A DNA stretch of 64,000 nt, taken from NCBI GenBank assembly GCA_018398765.1, contig JAHBMJ010000444.1:62001-126000 (forward strand), written 5' to 3'. Below the pieces are notes generated by a model. The model searched no databases. It saw nothing but the letters and a program-made list of their open reading frames with translations, and was not told where the DNA came from. The position numbers and the translations under genes were made by a program. Positions 36,002-49,810 of this stretch are shown here, piece after piece (positions within the stretch are counted from its first letter, which is position 1; the number at the start of each line of letters is the position of its first letter). Origin of the DNA: Chromera velia. Taxonomy: Eukaryota.

Positions 36002-38930
36002 TATCTCTCCTCTCGCGCATCGTGTGCATTGCTGAATGAGCGCGAGAAAAGCCACAAGCGGCCTTGCTTTCTCGGTGGTGTTTTCTTAGCGATGTCCCTT
36101 CCATCGATAGAGAGGACCGACCATGAAGTGTGGCCACTTTGCTCTGATCTCTTTCACGATCGGAAGAAAGGCAGGGTCTGCAAACTGCACGTACGCACGT
36201 CCGAGCACAACAATCGATTGAGCGGCCTCCAGTGCTTCGTTCACTCTTCATGACATGCACGTCATCCAATTCAGAAAGAAACAGATGAACCTCGCGGCCT
36301 GGCGCCTACCGCACGGTGTGAGGGATGGCACGGCGGACATCGCATGCAGATGCAGTGAAAATGAAAGAAGAGGGAGTACTGGTCGGTTGAGACAGAGAGA
36401 GGAACCAAGCAGCGGAAGATTGCACTTGCATACGTGTATGTGCGAATGGATGCGGTAAAAGGAGACTGACAAGGTCTCTCCTGAAGAGCCGGGTCCTTTC
36501 TTCGAGCAGCTCGAATGCCTCTCGTCTGACTACCAGGGCACATCCTTCGTTCGATCTGCTGACTTTCTTCTGCAGGCATTTCATTCATCCCTCCGGCCAT
36601 TCATCTATCCCATGCATGTACCTGTGGATGCTACCACAGCCTTTCTATCAATTAGTCTACGGAAATGTTTCGGTAATTACTCGGGCAGTCAGTCGAGTGT
36701 ATGAGTTTGCAGACTTGACTCTCTATCAGAAGAAGAAAACAAAAAGCATTGGAATGATGAAAAATCTTTTACAGTTCGGTTGGAATCTACAAAGTACTCG
36801 TGCATCTTTTTACTGATTGAACAGCCAGCCAGCCCTTTTTGAAGCAGACACGTTGGAGGAGAATGGAAATGGGACCAAAAATGAAAAGGAAGAAGAGATA
36901 GTCAGAGAGGGACGCTCGATGATGTCCGTGAAGCCTGACTGACTGACTGACACAGAAGAGGCGATAGAAAGAGGACTCCGGATAGAGCGCCGTGAGGTAC
37001 TCCTCATAGAAGGCCTTTGAGCTGCAATAGGAGAGCAAAACAAGCTTTGAGACAGAAAACGGGGGTGAAAGGAAAGACTCGAATACGCAGAAAGGAGAGG
37101 ATGCGAAAAAAAAAGTTTTGGCTGGACTGAAATCACCAATCATCGGCAGAGGAAAGGCAGCTAGCAAGTAGTGAGAAAGATGGCAAGAATTAATCGACTC
37201 GGAAGAAGAAGGCCATCCAAGGAGAATACGACAGAGAGAGTTTGTACGTACAAAAACAAAAGGAAGGAAGGAACAAACGACTGCGACTTGACGGACGGAC
37301 CATTCTTGAAGACAGAGGATGTCTGCATCGATCTGCTGCATCTCTCTTCCAAGAAGTGCACGACGATAACGGGCGTCGAGATCCGCAGCTGTTGCATACG
37401 GGTACATATCTTGGACCGCCACAGGAGTGCGTGCATAGACAGGCGCCAGGATGTTGAAAGAGCATATTGAGAACATGCGATCACTTTGGTCTTCTAGAGA
37501 CGAGAGTGATCCTCTCGCTCTCGCTTTCATTTCCACGTACTTTTTCATCCGTTCCTCCCTCCACCCTCTCAAAGGACCTTCTCTCACTTTTCCGACCACT
37601 TTGGAAGATCCGAACTCAGGAAGGCGCGGATGAAAGGCCTTGATGAAGATTTCCTTTCCGACGCTATCGGCAGGGGGGGAGAAGACAACACCCGTGTGAA
37701 GCAGTCGAGAGGAGGAGGGCGGGGAGGACGAACTCTTAGCACCACTAGAACCATCACCGCTACTGCTACTACCACTACTATTACCAGTTGCACTCCCGCT
37801 AACGGACGGGGGTTCGCCTTCCCACCATTCGAACGTGAAGTCCTCTGCAGTTGCAAATTCTGTCTGTGCGTGCACCGCCAAGGGATGGTCCACCAGAGCG
37901 TGACAATTGACTGAAAAGTCGAGAAGCGTTGGGGGATTGACGATAATCTCGAGTGACTTTGATCCTATTTGGAGACTCGAAGCCTTCCGGAAAGCCTCCT
38001 CGCACTTCCACTCATCAGGTACTGATTCTCCTGAAAGAGACAGGAGACAGACCTCTAACGCGGGGGGTTCTGGGGCAGGAGGTGCCGTGTCTGCTTGGGT
38101 GGCACCATCTGTATGTGGAGCGTTTTCTGTTTTCTGCTTCTTGGGGTTTTGTTTTTTCGGTTTCGGTTTGCCTTTGTTGAGCGCCTTTTCGACGTTGATC
38201 TTGATGCGGGGGAGAAGCTTAGACACCGGCTCTGCAACTCCACGCACATCAATGGAAGAAGCACAGAAGGGAGAAAAGAGACGCGAATCAGAATCAAACC
38301 GAAGAACAGTTTGGGCCAACACGCTTGTCATCTCGTTGAACCAAAACCAATACAAGACCGACATGAAAGGATTTTTCACAACTGCAGGTATTCACAGAGG
38401 GACAGCCATCGCACGAACGGACAAGAGAAAATATGTCAAAGGGCCAGACAGAGACTCGGAGCGGAGACCTTTACCGGAGACCCGAAGGATTCTGTGAAAG
38501 AAAATGCCGAACCACCTCGAGATATTTGCTGATACGCAAATGTCCCCCTCTCATTCTTTTTCTTCACAAACTCACCGTCTTTCAAGCGGTTCAAGTTCAT
38601 TCGACTTCCGTTCCAGAAGAGCGACACCATCAAATTCGGTTCCTCCTCCACGATCCGAACCACAGCATGAGAATCCGCAGCAGCAGTACTGCTACCGCTC
38701 CCTCCAGGCGTACTGTTCATTCCTCTTGAGTTCAGAATAGCAAAGGGACTCACAGCACGACTGGGAATGCAAATAAATTTGTCTGGCGGTTCGGTGCTGC
38801 AAAGCACGGAAGGAGACGGGAAACCAAAAAGACGAGACGGCAGGAAGCCTGGACGCCGCAGACCGACTGAAGAGACAGAGGAGATGTGGCTACAAAGGCT
38901 CAAGAGATGAAGAATCTTCTTGCAATGCAT
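33703..38930 (-). CDS. PDE12: 2',5'-phosphodiesterase 12 / CCR4-nocturnin family EEP nuclease with probable mitochondrial presequence; multi-exon
   Basis: EEP motifs across exons: SFNILA..YA, ADILCLQE, GNSHFFFHP, ILCGDLNSHP, FTNYVNGFNATLDWIF, LPSATYGSDHLSIAA. A PDE12-type N-terminal region (MNLNRLKD|EPVSKLLPRIKINV, VNPPTL) follows an Arg/Ser-rich N-terminus. Confidence 0.85.
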
Positions 38931-40639
38931 CCGAACCCTGCTACCCGGAAATGAAAGTCTTCCGGTGGAGAAGACCGGAACGGACCTACACCAGGGTTTG
39001 GGGAGACACCCGCGGCCACTCAAATCAAGAATCAGAACAAATCAAGGCAAATTGTCCGTTGCCACAAGAAACTGAACGACTTGGACAGGAACACCCAGAA
39101 TTCATTTTTGCCGCTTGTAGCGCTTCTTAGACGTGCGCATTATCATGCATTACCCAAGGAAGGTACCCAGTCAATGATTTCGGCATCATGACAGTTTCCT
39201 CATGCACATATGCATACAAATTTGTTGAATTCTCTTTCTGGAGCTCGCGCGCATAACGCGCCCATGCACCTGAACTCTCGAAAAAACCTCAAACGGCCGG
39301 GTACATGGAGTGAGACGACATGAGACGGTGACTACGCTTCTATAGACATTTTCTGGCTAATGTCTTTCCATGATTTTTTTAAAAAGTTAAGCAAAAATCT
39401 AAAAAAATAATTAATACAACCTGAAAATACCTGAAGACTAAAGAACCTAGCGCGGAACTACTTGGGAGGTCTGATACGTTACCATGCATATAAGCGCTTT
39501 CCATGTAAGCTGCACATCGGATATTCGGCATTAGGGCGGGACGCCAATCCTTCGAACATAAATCCTAATCCTAATCAATCAAAAAAGTTAAATTAAAAAA
39601 ATTAAGCTTTATCAAGCCGCTAAACTTTTTTTACAAATACTGACATACTGAAGTTTACTGAAGTTGTAGTAATTGAACAAAACTTTTACATACTATGAAG
39701 CGTTTTAAATGAACCTTCGATAATACCAGTAAAAAGGAGGACCTGGTTTTAAAGAGTTGAAAGGAGCCTAGCAAAGAGGCTTAATTAAAAGAACTGAAAA
39801 TTAAACAGCATAGGTTGAATACTATGCTGAATCTAAAGGGCGTATAGCTGTAGTAGAGGCTAAATAGAATCAATCTACACTCCTTCTTTCCCTTTTTCAC
39901 CCAGACTCGGCGAAGTCATTTAAGTCAATCTCGCACTATTTTCTCAACAAAGAAGATTCAGGAAGCGCGAAAGGAGGGAAGGGAAAGGGAATGGCGCACA
40001 CAACCTGTAAATTTCACGAACATGCACCGGTTCGAATTAATTCGGAAACTCATTTATTTATTCAGTGGTGCGTGCATCGACATGCATGCATTCATTCCAT
40101 CACAGTATTCACACGGCATCGCCACTATTGTCAAGAGCTTAAAAGCGAATGAATTATCTCTGTCGACGGGACTCTTCCCCTTCCCCCCCTTCGGCACAAT
40201 CATCAAAAGAACAAAAGCGGATCAAAACACATTGAAGCGCACATTCTTGAGACTGTCCGATCGATATTAAAGATAAAAGGCACGGACTACAGGTGAGAGA
40301 TGGGAAGGTGGGTGGGCAAGAGCCGCTGCGTTGAGAGTCGGTGAAAGGAAGAAAATAAAAAGATAAAGGCAGAAGCATCCTTCCTGGATTTTCTCGTGGC
40401 GGCCCCACTCCCCCTGCAAAGTCTCTCGAGATCTCAGTGTTTCCCTCTTTTTCTGAGCAATACACGTCCTTCTTCTCACTCCCCCACCGCCTTCTTCCCT
40501 TCCTTCCCCTGGTGCGGATCTCCCCTTTCCCCTCTCTCTGTTCATCTCCCTTTCTTTGTTCATTATTGCCTGTCCAGTACGAAGATTTCAACGTCTCTTC
40601 ATCTATACAAACAAGTGCATACCAGCTCCATTTTACTTC

Positions 40640-40820
40640 CTCCCTAATCCTAGCTGCAACCTCTCTAAAACGCTTACTGACTTACTTTTCACCCAAGAGC
40701 CTAGCTATTTCTTCCTCCCTGATTCTAACTGCAGTCTGTCTGAAGCATTGACTGACTTTTCGCTCAAGAGCCTAGCTGTTTCTTCCTTACTAATCCTAGC
40801 TGCGACCTCTCTAAATCATC
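40640..40820. repeat. Degenerate ~72-bp tandem repeat (~2.5 copies)
   Basis: caagagcctagct at 40694 and 40765; taatcctagctgc at 40646 and 40791. Confidence 0.7.
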
Positions 40821-41434
40821 TCCATTGAACCGCGCCCCCCCCCACTTTTCACTTCTTCGTGTGCTTTCTTCCGTTTTTCTTTGCTTCCCCACTCTTACCA
40901 CTGTAAATGCAGCAGGTCTCCTTAATGCTTACACGCCCCCCCTCCCTCCCTTCCCCCATGCACCCTCCCGCGTTGAACAAAAGCCCCACCCTCCCTCCCT
41001 GCAGGAATCAACTTCAACCCCCCTCACACACATTCATCCATTCACAAACAAACAAACAAACAGGCGGAAGGAAACACTCCCATGCAGCAGGCAGCGCCAC
41101 TCCCAACACCCACGTCTCTGCAATTCACTTTCCAACCTCAAACCCCACTTTGCGCTCTCCCCTTTCGCACCATCACTCTAAATCAACTCGTCCCTCCTTC
41201 CCTCCCCTGCTCAATTGAACCCCGTATCACTTCTTCTTTCACGCCCAGGCATCAACACTGGAAAAAGAGAAGACCGGGGACCGTCGAGAATCCCCGACCA
41301 CCCCTGCCCGAACCACCCAACGGCATATCATATCAGCAAATCCTTCTTTCACATAACGATTCTCTCTCGCCAAAGCCTGTTTGTTCTCCCTACCTTACCC
41401 CCCAAAACATTTCCTTGTGAACGGGTGGGTCCTC

Positions 41435-44400
41435 TTACAAGCCGTAGCAAGTTTTGAGAACGGACTGGGAATCTTGTGGGAGGCGCTGGAAGAGTGTGTC
41501 CCACTGTGAGTTGAATTGGGTCTTGCACGAGGAGAGGATGAAGGCGATGTCCCCCCTGAGAACATCAGGGAGATGGGCGGGGGGGGAAGAGGCGAGAGTA
41601 TCTGCAAGGGGTACGAAGGCATCTGCAGTCAGGGCGTGGGGATTTGCCTTCAGGAGTTTGACGAGACCCCCAAACGCGTTGATCTTCTCCCCATCGAACC
41701 TCGCTCCTTTCATGATGAAGCAGAAAGGGGTGAGGAACTCTGGCAAAGAGGCTGCCAGCTCCTGCGGCCATGCACTGCCGATTCTTGCCAGCGTGATGCA
41801 TGCATTTTGCAGCAGTGTGATGTGCTGGTTTGTCCTCTTGATCAACCGCACCAGCTGACCCCCGATGTCATTCACGTGGGGGCGGATGACTTCGGGGTTC
41901 TTGAAACAGATCTCACCGACTGCCCAACTGGCATTGTTGCACACAGAGGTAGACGTCTTGTCGAGGTGTGTGACGAGGATCGGCAGGATCTGCGAGAACG
42001 CACAGATACAGAGAGAGAAACGTACACTTACGTAAACACTGATCATGGTATATGCATAACTACCTGCATGGACAGGGGCAGGTTTGGGGAGGTGAGGTGA
42101 AAAGAGCAGTGGAAGCAAAGAGTAGAGAGGAGTGGAGGGAAGAATTAGTAGAGATGAATGTGACATCAATCAATCAATGTCAGACAGACAGACTTTATCG
42201 TCTTTTCTTTTCCTTTTTTTCTTTCTTCATTCTCTTCTGTTTTTTTCTTTTGGCGCTCTCTCTCAGTGGAAGGGTACCAGAGCTCCAGGCCATGAGCGTA
42301 CCCTGCGGCTCTTCCTTGCCCAGTGCAGGCTTACGCCTTTGCACTTCCACATTCTTTCCATCTGGACTTGTTCGTTTCGTTCTTGTCCTTTCGTTTACGA
42401 GGCAGCAGCCGCAGCAGCAGGAGCAGCAGCCAGCCCCCCCCCAAACGCCACCAGCAGTGGCCATTATGCCTTTTCTTTTTTTCTGTTTTCGGGGGTTCCC
42501 TTTCTCCTTTCTTTTCTTCTTCTGGGGTTCCCTTTATCGTTTCCCAGCCCCTGTCTTCTTGCTGGATCTCTTCTTTTGCCCCCCCGCCCACATGAAAAGA
42601 ATGCGTGTGCATGTGTGTATGTATGTGTGTGCGACGTGTGTATGCGTGACTGCTCACAGATATAAGGACCTGGAGGAAACCGTCCTTGTTCGGAAATAAG
42701 GAAAGATGACAGGCTATTCGAAAATAAGCAGGAGGGTTTCGTCACACTTCGATTGCACAGACAGACAGACAGACAGACAGACAGAGCCCGAGGAGGAACA
42801 CAAAAGCTAGTTGCAGAGCCCATCTTCCTGCGCGACTCCGAGTTCTCTCCCTTCACTATTACAGACTACACGCAAAAAGACAGGCAGACAGACAAGACAG
42901 ACATCACTCACAAGCAGATAAATCACTGTCACAAACAGACAGGCAGGCGGGCAGAGATGGGCAGACCTGCGGGAGGATGCCATCAAGCACTTTGTGTGAA
43001 TGCTTGGCAAGGTCCCCCACGAGTGCAAAGGCGCTCTGCTTGGTTTGCAGTGAGGGGTCGTTGCAACAGTGGACGAGGAGGGGGAGGAAGTTGTGGTTCT
43101 CTGACGAGACCAGCTCCAGAGTCTGTTCACGTAGCAACTCCACGATCGCAGCCAGCAGATCGAGGCCGACTTCGAGGAACGCCCCAGGGGGTCGTGTTGC
43201 AATCCTCTGCTGCCTCCAGGCCTCAAGCTCGGCAAGGTGAGCAGTGCACACGGTGCGGACACGAAAGACAAGGTCGGGAATGTATGGCTGTACGCACTGG
43301 ATGGACGCGGCTGCTTCTGGCGTCCCCGCACTCTCCGAGAGAGCGTGCAGGATCCCAATCCAACACTCAGCCAGGGCCACGAGACAGTACTCGTCTTCCT
43401 TCATCGTTCCGAAACGCCTGTGAAGAGTTGGCAGGATCAACTGCACAGACAAAGAAAAGGTCACAGAGAGGAAAAGAGACAGAGACAGAGACCGTATGAT
43501 TTGTTTTCAGATAAACATGCCTATGAACAGACGAGCAGAAAGCGACACCGACAGACGCAGCACACGAACGTATGAAGGAAAGAGCGAACAGCAGGCAGTC
43601 CGCAAACCTCTCTCCTTCGACGGAGAAAAAAGAAAGCGCCTGCATCCCATGCCGGATCAGGAAAAATGAAGTGGCCCGCATAGAGAGGAGCGCCCCGCAC
43701 GGGCAGCTTGAGGACCCACGGCCACCCCTCCCCCCCGGACACACTTCAGACAGACCTGGGTAAAGGTCTCGTTCCTTTTTATGTGCGGTCCGACCGCCTG
43801 TGCGAGGGTGCCGATGGCGTCGTAGAGGAGCAGCTGGTTCCGAGCTTGGTAGCTGTCGAAAGCCTTGCCGAGTGCTTGGCCGATGTCAGAGAGGAAGGGC
43901 ACAAGGAGCTGTCCCGCTGCTTCCTCGAGTGTTGCAAAGGCTGAGCATGCCGCCTCCTGAACGCCCTTGTTGCTGTCAAGCACGCGGGTCAAGAGTGCCT
44001 CGAGGAGACGGGGAAGGAACGTCTGGCTCTGGGGAGGCAGAATCACCCAACCTGCGCATAAAAAGGGAGGAAGGAGGGGGGCGGGAATAATTCACCAAAG
44101 AAGAGGGGCAGTCAATGAGGCGGGAAGGAAAACAGGAACGAAAGAAGACTGGGGGAAGGAAAGTGAAGACAATCGTCTTGAACTTCCACACGCGTTGAAC
44201 TTCCATTGATCCACAGCTAAGCAATTCAGAGGCCTATGTGGCGGAAAGAGCAAAGACTGAACATTGCAATTTGAAAGAAACATCAGGTTCAGGCAAGAGA
44301 GACACACGGGAAGGGGCCGCCTCGGGAGGCCCATGCAGGGCTGACAACCGAATGCCATTGAACAAAAGACCAGTAACACTTTGAGCCAGTCAGACGAAAA

Positions 44401-45888
44401 CAGATGAAAGAGAGAAGAGAAGCGAAGAGAAGAAGAGACAAAGACTGCCCCTGTCGACCCACCAGAGAATCTCGCAAGCGTCCAGCAGCTGATGCTTCGA
44501 AGCAGGGGTTGCTCATGCCAAGTTGTCTTCAACAACACTTCCACGACCTGCGGAAGGTGAGGAGCAAGGCCCTCCAAACACCCCGGAGCTATGGCTCCGA
44601 GCACAAGGACAGCACTCTCCTGCACCTCCCAGTTAGAGCTTTTCAATCGCTCATCAATTCTCGGCAGGAGAGGACCGAGGACTTCTGATTGATATCGGAC
44701 CGCAAAGTTGTCCATCGCTAGCGCTGCTGCCTTCCTGACTGTCCACCCAGACCCCCACGTCGTCGTGCCCTCTTCCCTTTCCTCGTCATCGTCATCACAC
44801 CCTTTACTCTCATGAAACCGGGGGGCGATGTCCGTTTCTTCATCCGGTTGGGCCGCGTTGTCTAGGCCTGTCTGTCTGTCAGTCATGGACAGATAGTCCC
44901 ACTGTGAATACTGGGCATTCTCGACTAACAGGGGGAGGATAGATGGGAGAATACGGCGACACGGTTCTGCAATGGCGGGATAACGGAGGGCACGGGGCCA
45001 GAAATCCAAGGCCTCCAGACGGACGTTGTAGTCCTGATCCTGGGCACAACGGACAAAAAACTCAACTACTGGGTCCAGGGCCTGCAAAACCGTCGCCTCA
45101 ATCGTATCAGGGTGGACCATAATCACCATCCCGGCACATACTGGCCGACGGACAGATGCGTCCGTATCAAGTGCCAAAGCGCCCAGCACCTGCCAATAAT
45201 TATTCAAAAACTGGGCAAGGGGCTCACCGGGGGCGAAAGCGTTCACGTTGCCTGCAGCAAAAAAATTCAGACAGGTGACCGCACTCTTTCGTAAGAGCTT
45301 TTCTTTGACCGGTGCATCTGGCATTTGAGCCATCGCCATCTGCAGAAGAGTGGGGATGAGCGTGCGCTCACAGTGGACCAGAAACGGGCCCTGCTCAAGG
45401 TGTTTGTACTGGTCTGTTTCATCCTCGCAGATTTTCTGCAGAGTGGACAGTGCACCCTCGACAATCGACTGGTCTTGGTTCTGCACTGCTTCGAAAAGGG
45501 AATTCATGATCTCGGGCCAATTTTCAATACCCCCGTAAGTGACAATCGTCGTGATAATACTCCCCCCCGTCTCCCTGACGACCTTCTGGGGATCCATAAT
45601 TGCCTGGGGGATTACTCCCTTCACATAGGCAATATCAGGAGTCCCTTCAGACGGTGCGAGTGCCCTGATGAGAAGGTTCTTCAGCTGTAAACCTGCCATC
45701 TGACGAATTTGGGGGGCTAAACTGGTCTGGAACAAAAATATGTGGGAGAGATACTTCATGGCGTCCGGGTGCTGTTCCAACATTTGCATCCCTTGTGCCA
45801 CTCTCTTTTGCACTTCATTGTCAGGTACAGTGGCCTGCTGAAAGAGCTGCACCGCCTCCTGCAAGGCGGCTTGGTCGGGCTGCCACAT
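41435..45888 (-). CDS. TNPO1: Transportin-1 (importin beta-2/Kap104), 4 exons, ~916 aa
   Basis: Exons 45888-44463, 44051-43756, 43440-42967 and 41989-41435 join in frame. Motifs: MWQPD start, acidic H8 loop (DIAPRFH..DDDDEE) followed by WTVRKAAA, LLRSISCWTLARFS, NKGVQEAACSAFATLEE, QSAFALVGD, VCNNASWAVGEI. Confidence 0.95.
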
Positions 45889-46673
45889 GATCGTCCGTCA
45901 GTCAGATGGAATGCCCGAATCCGTCCCCTCCCACTCCCTCACTCGCACCCTCTCCGTGCACGCTTTTTTGTCTGGCGCTGGACCCAGAGAGAGGAACACC
46001 AAGGAGAACGATGAGGAAGGGAGTCAGGGCGAGCTTGACAAATGTTACAATAAAACCCTTTCCCCCATTTTTCTCTTTGCCCTAGTCTCTTGCAAGAGGA
46101 GACGAAGAAGAGAGGACAGCTTACAAATGACTCACGCAAACAAAGAGCAACCCCAGTACCACTGTCGTCGCGAATTCGTATCATACATGAATTTTATTCA
46201 ATGAACTGATGGAGAGTGCGAAGCACATAGTGCGACTCATCATGGAGTGTCATGACCACTGTCATCACAGAAAGTTGTCTATATATAGCTCAAAGAATGG
46301 ACGTTTTGGAGACTGCACAGAATTCAGTGCGTGTATACGCGTTCGCACGGAGTAGGTGAGATTCACAAAAGTGGCACTTACGCAATTCACAGATGCAACT
46401 CGGACCATACTCGGACCTGCGCTCACTCAGTGCCGACTACAGTACCTTGTGCCTTCCAGAGTTCTCAAATTCCCTCAAGTCAAGGGATAGTGGTGTATGG
46501 ATGTGTAATGATGTGTATGGAGACTAAAAGATTGACTCTTCAACGTGACACTGTCCCAGACCCAGAAAAGCTGCAAAGAATTCGAGAGGCGAGCAGTAGA
46601 TCTTATTCGAAAATTCTTCCGTCTCCTGTTCAACCAATCCCCTGACATCCAAGATTGTTGTCCCTAAAGCGCC

Positions 46674-47228
46674 ATGCAGACGCCTCAAAATGCGAACTCA
46701 GCGGGCGTAAAGTCTCCTGGGGTCATTGTGATTCCAGGCGGTGGTGGGAAGTCTAGTTTGGTCTCCAAGTTTGGAAATCTTTTTGTCGATATCGACAGCT
46801 ACTGGGATGCTGAAGGAGACGTGGAGTCTAAAATGATCAAAGACTGGCAGGCAGCACGTTCGTCGGGAGATTTACACGCGGAAAAGGCACTAGTAGATGA
46901 GTGCGTCTTATTCAAGGCAAAAGAATGTGAGCGGCTGGGAACGGGGGGGAGGGTGGTTCTCGTTCAGATTCCTGAACAGGCGATGATCATTTTGGGCTCC
47001 AGCCCAGTTTCTGAAAAACCTGAAATAGTTGACGACCGCTTGTTAGTCCTCAGCCCGACTTCCTCTCTCCACGCCGAGGCCCTTGAGGCAAAGGGAGAGC
47101 CTGAGTGGGTGAGAGATATCTGCAGGGTCCAGCGGGAGAAGGTGAACTCCCACGGACAGGTGGAAGAGTACTCCTCATGGGACGCTCTGGCAGAAAGGGC
47201 CTGTGCATTTGCCCTCAAGTACATTTAG
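46674..47228 (+). CDS. Intronless 184-aa P-loop NTPase/kinase-like protein
   Basis: Clean ATG-TAG ORF with a hydrophobic strand and Walker A (VIVIPGGGGKSSL), followed by FVDID and a later RVVLVQIPEQA strand. Confidence 0.75.
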   Translation: MQTPQNANSAGVKSPGVIVIPGGGGKSSLVSKFGNLFVDIDSYWDAEGDVESKMIKDWQAARSSGDLHAEKALVDECVLFKAKECERLGTGGRVVLVQIPEQAMIILGSSPVSEKPEIVDDRLLVLSPTSSLHAEALEAKGEPEWVRDICRVQREKVNSHGQVEEYSSWDALAERACAFALKYI

Positions 47229-47559
47229 ATGTGAGTCAAAGTGAGGCCTCGGTGTATTGATGTGACAGTCAGAATGTCATACGGGCCTGCAGGTGGAAGT
47301 TTCACGGAAGTCTGCAGCGTGTAGACGGGTCTGTTCGGGGCTTCCGTCTACAGGAAACAGGGGTGCTGCAGGAAAAGCGGATAGCGGCAGTGAAATTTGT
47401 GGACGTAGACTTGATGAATTCCTTCTTGGGAAAGTGTTGAGGTCAGGCTCTGTTGAGGGCTTTGGTTAGCAGTTCGGCTTCCTGTCGGGAAGGGGAACAA
47501 TAAATCGGGGTTCATCGGAAATGTTTTGAAACTCTTGTTGGCAGTGTGACTGCCTCTTC

Positions 47560-47830
<271 letters not shown>

Positions 47831-49810
47831 GGAGTGCTGCAGCGCACGCAGATTCACAGTGAGGCGAGGGGGCGGAAAGACGTAAATAATGACTGAAAAC
47901 ATGACACCCACGGACCCTCACACGCAGACACATACGCGCGCGGTGCTTGCCTTCTTCTGGAGCATGTGGCCCTCATGCTCTGCTTCATGCTTTTGAAAGT
48001 AATGTCTACAGGTGGCCGTGAGTATCTCTCATTAGAACTGTGCCTCAAGTCTTATCACGCTCTGATGATTATACTCTTGTGAGATTTCAATGCCTGCAGG
48101 GAATAGAGAGCGGTCGGAACAACTCAGACGTCGAGAAGCAGACATACCAAGAAGCCTACCATCGGGATCGCGACGCGGCAGCTTGCGAAAAGAATGAAGA
48201 GCTCAGCGCTCTGTTGCCAGAGTGTATGGAGTGTTCACGGTTGGTCTCCACGTGATTGGAATTCAAAAATCAAGGGGTTCAACAGTGCCTTCTGCGTCTG
48301 AGTGTCTTTCCCATAATTACTGCGCCTTCGAACTTCTCTGCCTCTCCTTCGCGCTGCTCTGTCTGGAAAAAACACGTTGTGGAGGCCAGTCTTCGGCAGG
48401 GATTCGTCAAGGAATTGACAAATCATCTACAATCGTCCAAGAAATTGTTTTGCCAGTATGTGAGATTAGCATACTAGTTATACAAGCAGTCTTGAAGCAG
48501 ATAGGAATTTTCAGCGTGAGTAAGCATGAACCACACGTGCACTGTATGATGCATATCTCTGCACATCTAGATGCACATAGTAGAACACTTCATTTTCCTT
48601 TTAATACCTTTTGTAAAATCTAAAGATTTTACTAGACTATAGATTCAGTGTAGACTGCTTTCCCATTCAAACATTAATTTCAAAAACAAAAAAACTTTAT
48701 GAGTATTAATAAGGATTTATAAGTATTTATGAGAATACATCAATGTTGTTTCATTATACTACTAGTAGTGATAACATGTATTCATAGTAATTTATGTAAA
48801 TTTATGGGAAAAGATCCTACTGTAGTATAGTCTAACTAAGTTTTCTCCAGATTGGTTTGTTTCCACTTATGTTAAATTCTGTAAAGTGGGACTAGCAGCA
48901 TAGGACTTAACGCGACTACGCATGACAAAACACAAAGTTTGTGTACGCTTCTATACTCCGCATACTACATTGTCCGAAATTCTTCGGCACGCAATGCGCG
49001 CCCACTCCTTTGTAGTACATATTACATCCTGTTGTCTGAATTGCTAGTAGTTGCTAGCTTCTGTTTTATAAGGTGCTTTAAAGTCCAAACACCTCAAACA
49101 ATGTATTAAGCTCTTATAGGAAAAGCTTGTGCAACACCCTGTTGTTCTGTGATAAGTTCTGTTTTAAGGTCAAAACGGTTTAGAGCGTTTATGGAAAAAG
49201 CGTCAACAACAATGTATGTACAACACCATTTTACTGCGACTCCGACCACTTTTAAGAAGATCAGTATAGAGTTCTTGCAAGTAGCTTTTGCCTTACAGCA
49301 TAGACTTCATGGTGTTGACAAAGCCGTCACAACAGCACAGAAGGAGGCATTCACCGATTGCTTGCCTTTGAAGTATGCTCCGCAGTTAAAAGAAGCCGCT
49401 GAGGACATGCAGGAAACAAATGAACAACACATCTTGTTCACGCAACACCTCTCTATTCACCAGCAGAGTCCAAAAGATCAGGACGTGATTGTTAGCAAAC
49501 TCTTTTTAGATGTGCTTGATTCCACATCATGGACTACGTGTTTGTCGTGGACTTGTGAGGCTTCAGACTAGGGCTTGAGATAGCTTGAGCTTCTGTTGAT
49601 ACAGATGGGATTTAATAGCTGAGTCTAAGCTGACTTCTAGCTGCATATGACTTGTACAGTCTGAGATGTTTCGCACGGAGCTGTCTGCACCTCTGTCAGG
49701 GCGTCGCTGCCATCGCACCAGCATGCATGGGGGGCACTTAATAATTTACATACACCGTGGAAGCTGCGAGGGTGAACATGCAACTTTGAACAACACTTTG
49801 TTGCTACACT

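Noticed and set aside
36787..37305. Hydrophobic tail of the 530-aa ORF (and similar tails on ORFs 44092-45888 and 13024-13929) as transmembrane domains
   Set aside because: These are read-through into pyrimidine-rich introns; spliced models restore the conserved domains.
49149..49571. 140-aa plus-strand ORF next to the LTR
   Set aside because: No recognisable motif and it lies in an AT-rich decayed region; cannot be supported as a gene.
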